This document shows positions 61,901 to 64,000 of a stretch of DNA of 64,000 nt, piece by piece. The DNA comes from Patescibacteria group bacterium. GTDB lineage: Bacteria; Patescibacteriota; Patescibacteriia; Veblenbacterales; UBA10138. The position numbers were made by a program, and so were the translations under genes. How positions within the stretch are numbered: the first letter of the stretch is position 1; every line of letters starts with the position of its first letter. The notes under the pieces were generated by a model. It saw only the letters and a program-made list of their open reading frames with translations. It was not told the origin of the DNA and did not search any database. The DNA is taken from the NCBI GenBank assembly GCA_041645215.1, contig JBAZQK010000008.1, forward strand, positions 1,744-65,743, read 5' to 3'.

Positions 61901-64000
61901 GCGGGTAAATGGCCGGATCCGGCATTGTGCGGACAAATGTGGACAAACAAACAAATTATCAGCGAGGCGCCAGCCACGGCCGCGACCGGCGTTTTTATAG
62001 TTGAACGGCCGCCGGCTAATGAAGGGCAAGCCGTATCGCCCGCCGCTTTCACAGTAAACAACAATCATTATCCGGGATTGTGCAAGGTAGCGCCGACGTT
62101 TGTTTATAAGAATCAGTTGGGTACTAACCTGGCTGAAGTAACTCTGACGGGCAAGGGGTTTGGCGGAATGCGAGTTACTGATGATGGTGTTTATTATTTT
62201 AAAAGTGACGGCGGCGCATTGACCGGAAAGGCGAGCAGTTATATATCGTGGGCTGACAATAAGGTCGTAGCTGTAACACCGGCCGGAATAGCTGTCGGGC
62301 CGGGTAAAATAGCGGTCAATAAAATTTATCCCACTAATAAACTTAATTTTGAAATTAAAGATTTTGTGCAGAGCCAAAAACCCATAGTCAAGGGCATCTC
62401 GCCGGAAAACGGTATGGCGCGGGCTGACATTGCCACCACCCTGATTACCGTTAGCGGCGAGAATTTTGGCGCCAGCCAGAGCGGCGGGCAAGTATGGTTG
62501 CGCGCCGCGGTTAAGAGCCAAGATTGGGACAACGCGAAAAAATATGATTTTAATTCAGATAAAATTTTAAATCAAGCGGATGGGGATTTATTGGCCAGCA
62601 AAAAAGGCGCTGATGTCAATTACGAAGAAGAGCAGATGATTAATGGTCAAAAAGTTAAAGTCAAAATTAATAAACCGTTTGACATTAATAACGACGGCAA
62701 AATTGATGAGGCTGATAAGACAGTAGTGGTTAATTATTTAAGTTCTTCTCCGTTTGAACATGATGTTGACTATACTTTGGTCGCCGGCATAGGTTGTACT
62801 TGGTCAGATAAAGAAATTGTCGCCAAGGTGCCGACTGGTTTAACTATTAACGAGACTTGGCGGGTATATGTTAAGACCAGCGGCGGCGTTAGTGTTTATA
62901 ATAATGCAATTTTTACCGTTAGTAATATTATCCACCCGGGGATTTGCTCTCTTACTCCTAATCACGGCGCCGAGGGCACAATTGTGACAATTAATGGTTT
63001 GAATTTTGGCGACCTTAAATCTAACAGCCAATTAACCTTTACTAAAGTTGGCGGCGTAGTTGAGGTGGATAGTAAGTACATTAAATCTTGGCGCAACCAA
63101 AACATCGTAGCCGCCGTGCCAGATAAGGATTACATCCAGCTTTGCGGCCAACCACCGGCGCCCTGCGCCATCAAGATTAAAACCGGTGATGTTAAAGTGA
63201 CAGTTACTTTTCCAGTTGTTCCAATTAATTATGGCGGTACGCAGACATCTAACCCGGTAACTTTTACGGCTGATCCTTATATAACCAGTATCACGCCGGC
63301 GCAAGGCCCGGCTGGCAGCTGGCTAACTATTAAGGGCGGCAATTTTGGTGAATGTTCAGCTCGCGGCAATACCCTGACTGATCCTTGCGTGGTTACATTG
63401 GCTGGTAGCGGTGGGCGTGTTTTAGAGGGGGCCTTGCCGTCAATTTGTGGAAATACTTGGACTGATAGTCAAATTATTGCTAAGGCGCCGTCCGGCGGCG
63501 AAACTGGCTTGGTTAAAGTTGTGAATGAACAAGGCTATGAAACTAGCGATAGTGCCAGCAAAATCTTTACCTATGACAGCAAATTGCCAATCGCGCCGGG
63601 CTTGTGTAAATTAACGCCGGCCGAGTCTGGACAGCTGCCGGTCGCGGTGGCTTTGCAAGGCGATAATTTCGGTTCGGAACCACATCAATCGGACAAAAGT
63701 GGCGGTGTTAAGTTTTCTAACAAAGAATTTACTTCTGATAGCAGTTTGTTAAAATGGTCAGCTTGGGGTAATAATTCCATTAGTTTAACCGCGCCCGTAG
63801 GGACAACCAGCGGCGAAGTCTATGTTAAGCGCAAGCAAGAGGTTCAGACTGGCGCCAAATGTAATGGCATCACGGTAGCGGGTAAATGTCTGGGCGCGGA
63901 AGAGCCGGTTTATAAAACTGAAATTACGGTTTCTAATCCGCTGGAATTTAAAATTAGCGACAAACCGAAAGTGGTGAGCGTTTTGCCGGTCAACAACCAA
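58958..64000 (+). CDS. Giant secreted/surface protein (>1680 aa, continues past window end) with signal peptide, hydrophobic hairpin and multiple IPT/TIG and Ig-like Cys-pair repeats
   Basis: Single + frame open from ATG 58958 to the window end (no + ORF terminates here; only short antisense ORFs are listed). It carries an N-terminal signal peptide (FAKPAWA-QN) and two long hydrophobic helices. It has repeated xSPxxGPxGxxITIxGxNFG...W.D..I...VP IPT/TIG-like modules and many Cys pairs. Confidence 0.75.
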   Translation, partial: MAKWFKANTFLISYRRRLIGGVSILIGGLFGFAKPAWAQNAGLENLSQAGVNLGNQDLIYTVARLINIGLGVLGVIAVLLILYAGFIWMTSRGNEEKITQAKKILSGAVIGLVIILVSFAVASFIINKLIGATGGRNGGGPVVCADGLPPPCVGFDRLQVVSTSPKPQAEGVKLCKRVQAQFNEKLDPGTVKNSAVRIVDTKNTAVAADDETVAGTFAVSNKSFSFRHPDFAPGSRYQATIASGSAGVKDIRNRSLREDKKWYFTTGTETDAVLPQVVRVEPAPASTTVCRNTPIQVVFSEEMDATTLNSNNIILKDSAGSVIPLADVDAGSDFKSVTIYAAAVLAANSSFTVTLKSGPDGIADACGNQLDGNKNGKVDGTPADDYSWSFTTGEITECKPVLNDLLPSSGYYGDETILSGKNFGITGEVMFNNFPADSNSWGGSDNVICWGSGACLANTIKVKVPVGFELGRFNDVAVKVKVGRESSADKPFALLSPYVRALSPNHGPPGQFITVFGLNFGTTVGTVKFGTVSAELACSASNSWSDREIVVKVPASLAVGDYEVQILTTANKPSNKKDFTVDNSLLAPGLCEVRPQCAATAGGAIDEIAGTRFGASRGRSVINLAGYNIAPTGQWRDNLIKTTPVPADLSDDNHLARVVVNNLMSNARYYDIPCVGVIYPEVVEERTCELETQTPSPWKDSSEACKNGLISARFTVPMAAATLAPVNIVLQKCGSGANFDASACQQTVNLVDMDTIPAGEDSNPIGFFAAPAGGLAANTWYQTTIKTAVTSSTGRPLRSEYKWHFKSRTDTTNCAINKVSCAPPTAYIRSLAGPDNTQAYNANAVANNCNLLNQQSYNYTWTSSDNSKATVSAGVLNYKAEAEAKDWTSADNPVKIKARIDSENKEGLCNLNISTTACRENKDCQACGPGVSSCVAGSCTPVIKDFSPADGAVGTWITIDGCYFGETQGRVLYTKAGSGTVAGKWPDPALCGQMWTNKQIISEAPATAATGVFIVERPPANEGQAVSPAAFTVNNNHYPGLCKVAPTFVYKNQLGTNLAEVTLTGKGFGGMRVTDDGVYYFKSDGGALTGKASSYISWADNKVVAVTPAGIAVGPGKIAVNKIYPTNKLNFEIKDFVQSQKPIVKGISPENGMARADIATTLITVSGENFGASQSGGQVWLRAAVKSQDWDNAKKYDFNSDKILNQADGDLLASKKGADVNYEEEQMINGQKVKVKINKPFDINNDGKIDEADKTVVVNYLSSSPFEHDVDYTLVAGIGCTWSDKEIVAKVPTGLTINETWRVYVKTSGGVSVYNNAIFTVSNIIHPGICSLTPNHGAEGTIVTINGLNFGDLKSNSQLTFTKVGGVVEVDSKYIKSWRNQNIVAAVPDKDYIQLCGQPPAPCAIKIKTGDVKVTVTFPVVPINYGGTQTSNPVTFTADPYITSITPAQGPAGSWLTIKGGNFGECSARGNTLTDPCVVTLAGSGGRVLEGALPSICGNTWTDSQIIAKAPSGGETGLVKVVNEQGYETSDSASKIFTYDSKLPIAPGLCKLTPAESGQLPVAVALQGDNFGSEPHQSDKSGGVKFSNKEFTSDSSLLKWSAWGNNSISLTAPVGTTSGEVYVKRKQEVQTGAKCNGITVAGKCLGAEEPVYKTEITVSNPLEFKISDKPKVVSVLPVNNQ

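Noticed and set aside
59134-63304. Several minus-strand ORFs of 62-256 aa (59134..59619, 61751..62521, 61873..62064, 62840..63304, etc.)
   Set aside because: They lie antisense inside the single long + frame of the giant surface protein, whose translation shows repeated IPT/TIG modules. The antisense ORFs have no motifs and are GC-frame shadows.
1-64000. CRISPR arrays, rRNA genes, transposase/integrase genes
   Set aside because: No regularly spaced direct repeats with unique spacers, no rRNA-like conserved stretches, and no ORF with DDE transposase or tyrosine/serine recombinase motifs. Both MITE families are therefore non-autonomous in this window.

Overview
Gene-dense bacterial chromosomal window with about 63 protein-coding genes, four tRNAs and no rRNA or CRISPR. 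The high density of small hypothetical membrane proteins, the giant Ig-like surface protein and the hairpin-rich intergenic DNA suggest a small-genome uncultivated bacterium, but that is inference only.

Main blocks:
- 1-12.3 kb: a copper/thiol homeostasis island. It holds two P1B-type ATPases, a multicopper oxidase, a CsoR-family repressor with a candidate operator, DUF302, DUF2933-like paralogs, a Met/Gly-rich SHOCT protein, a YHS-domain protein, two ICMT-family methyltransferases and a DsbD-like/thioredoxin-like pair.
- 13-16 kb: DUF1573, DsbD-like and hypothetical proteins.
- 16.4-25.1 kb: a complete histidine operon (HisRS-like hisZ candidate, short hisG, hisD, hisC fused to a histidinol-phosphatase domain, hisB, hisH, fused hisA-hisF, hisIE).
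- 25.6-39 kb: mfd, dprA, topA, a short RelA/SpoT homolog, parB and parA.
- 40-52.5 kb: tRNAs (Leu-CAA, initiator-like Met, Met/Ile-CAT, Val-CAC), purD, purN, a ZIP transporter, NUDIX, nitroreductase, pth, der, an LCP protein.
- 52.9-64 kb: lepB, hisS, rpsU, a GatB/YqeY protein, and a giant secreted protein (>1680 aa, runs off the window) of IPT/TIG-Ig-like repeats.

Highlights:
1. A complete diversity-generating retroelement (DGR) at 55.4-57.9 kb. It has a target gene with a C-terminal variable region, a template repeat about 430 bp downstream that differs from the variable region only at template adenines (15/15), an Avd four-helix-bundle gene, and a reverse transcriptase with the DGR-typical LGxxxSQ motif. 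A G9 homopolymer sits in the divergent avd/RT promoter region.
2. A family of at least 8 small non-autonomous elements with perfect 13-14 bp terminal inverted repeats (core CCCCGTTAGAA), variable structured interiors and 4-bp direct repeats (TGAA/TTGA/TTTA). Four lie in the his operon. One is inserted in-frame (135 nt, 45 codons) inside hisH. In at least three cases the repeat-flank junction supplies a candidate GTG start codon in frame, and several copies supply the stop codon of the upstream gene.
3. A separate 177-bp element with 19-bp terminal inverted repeats and 3-bp target site duplications, in two copies.
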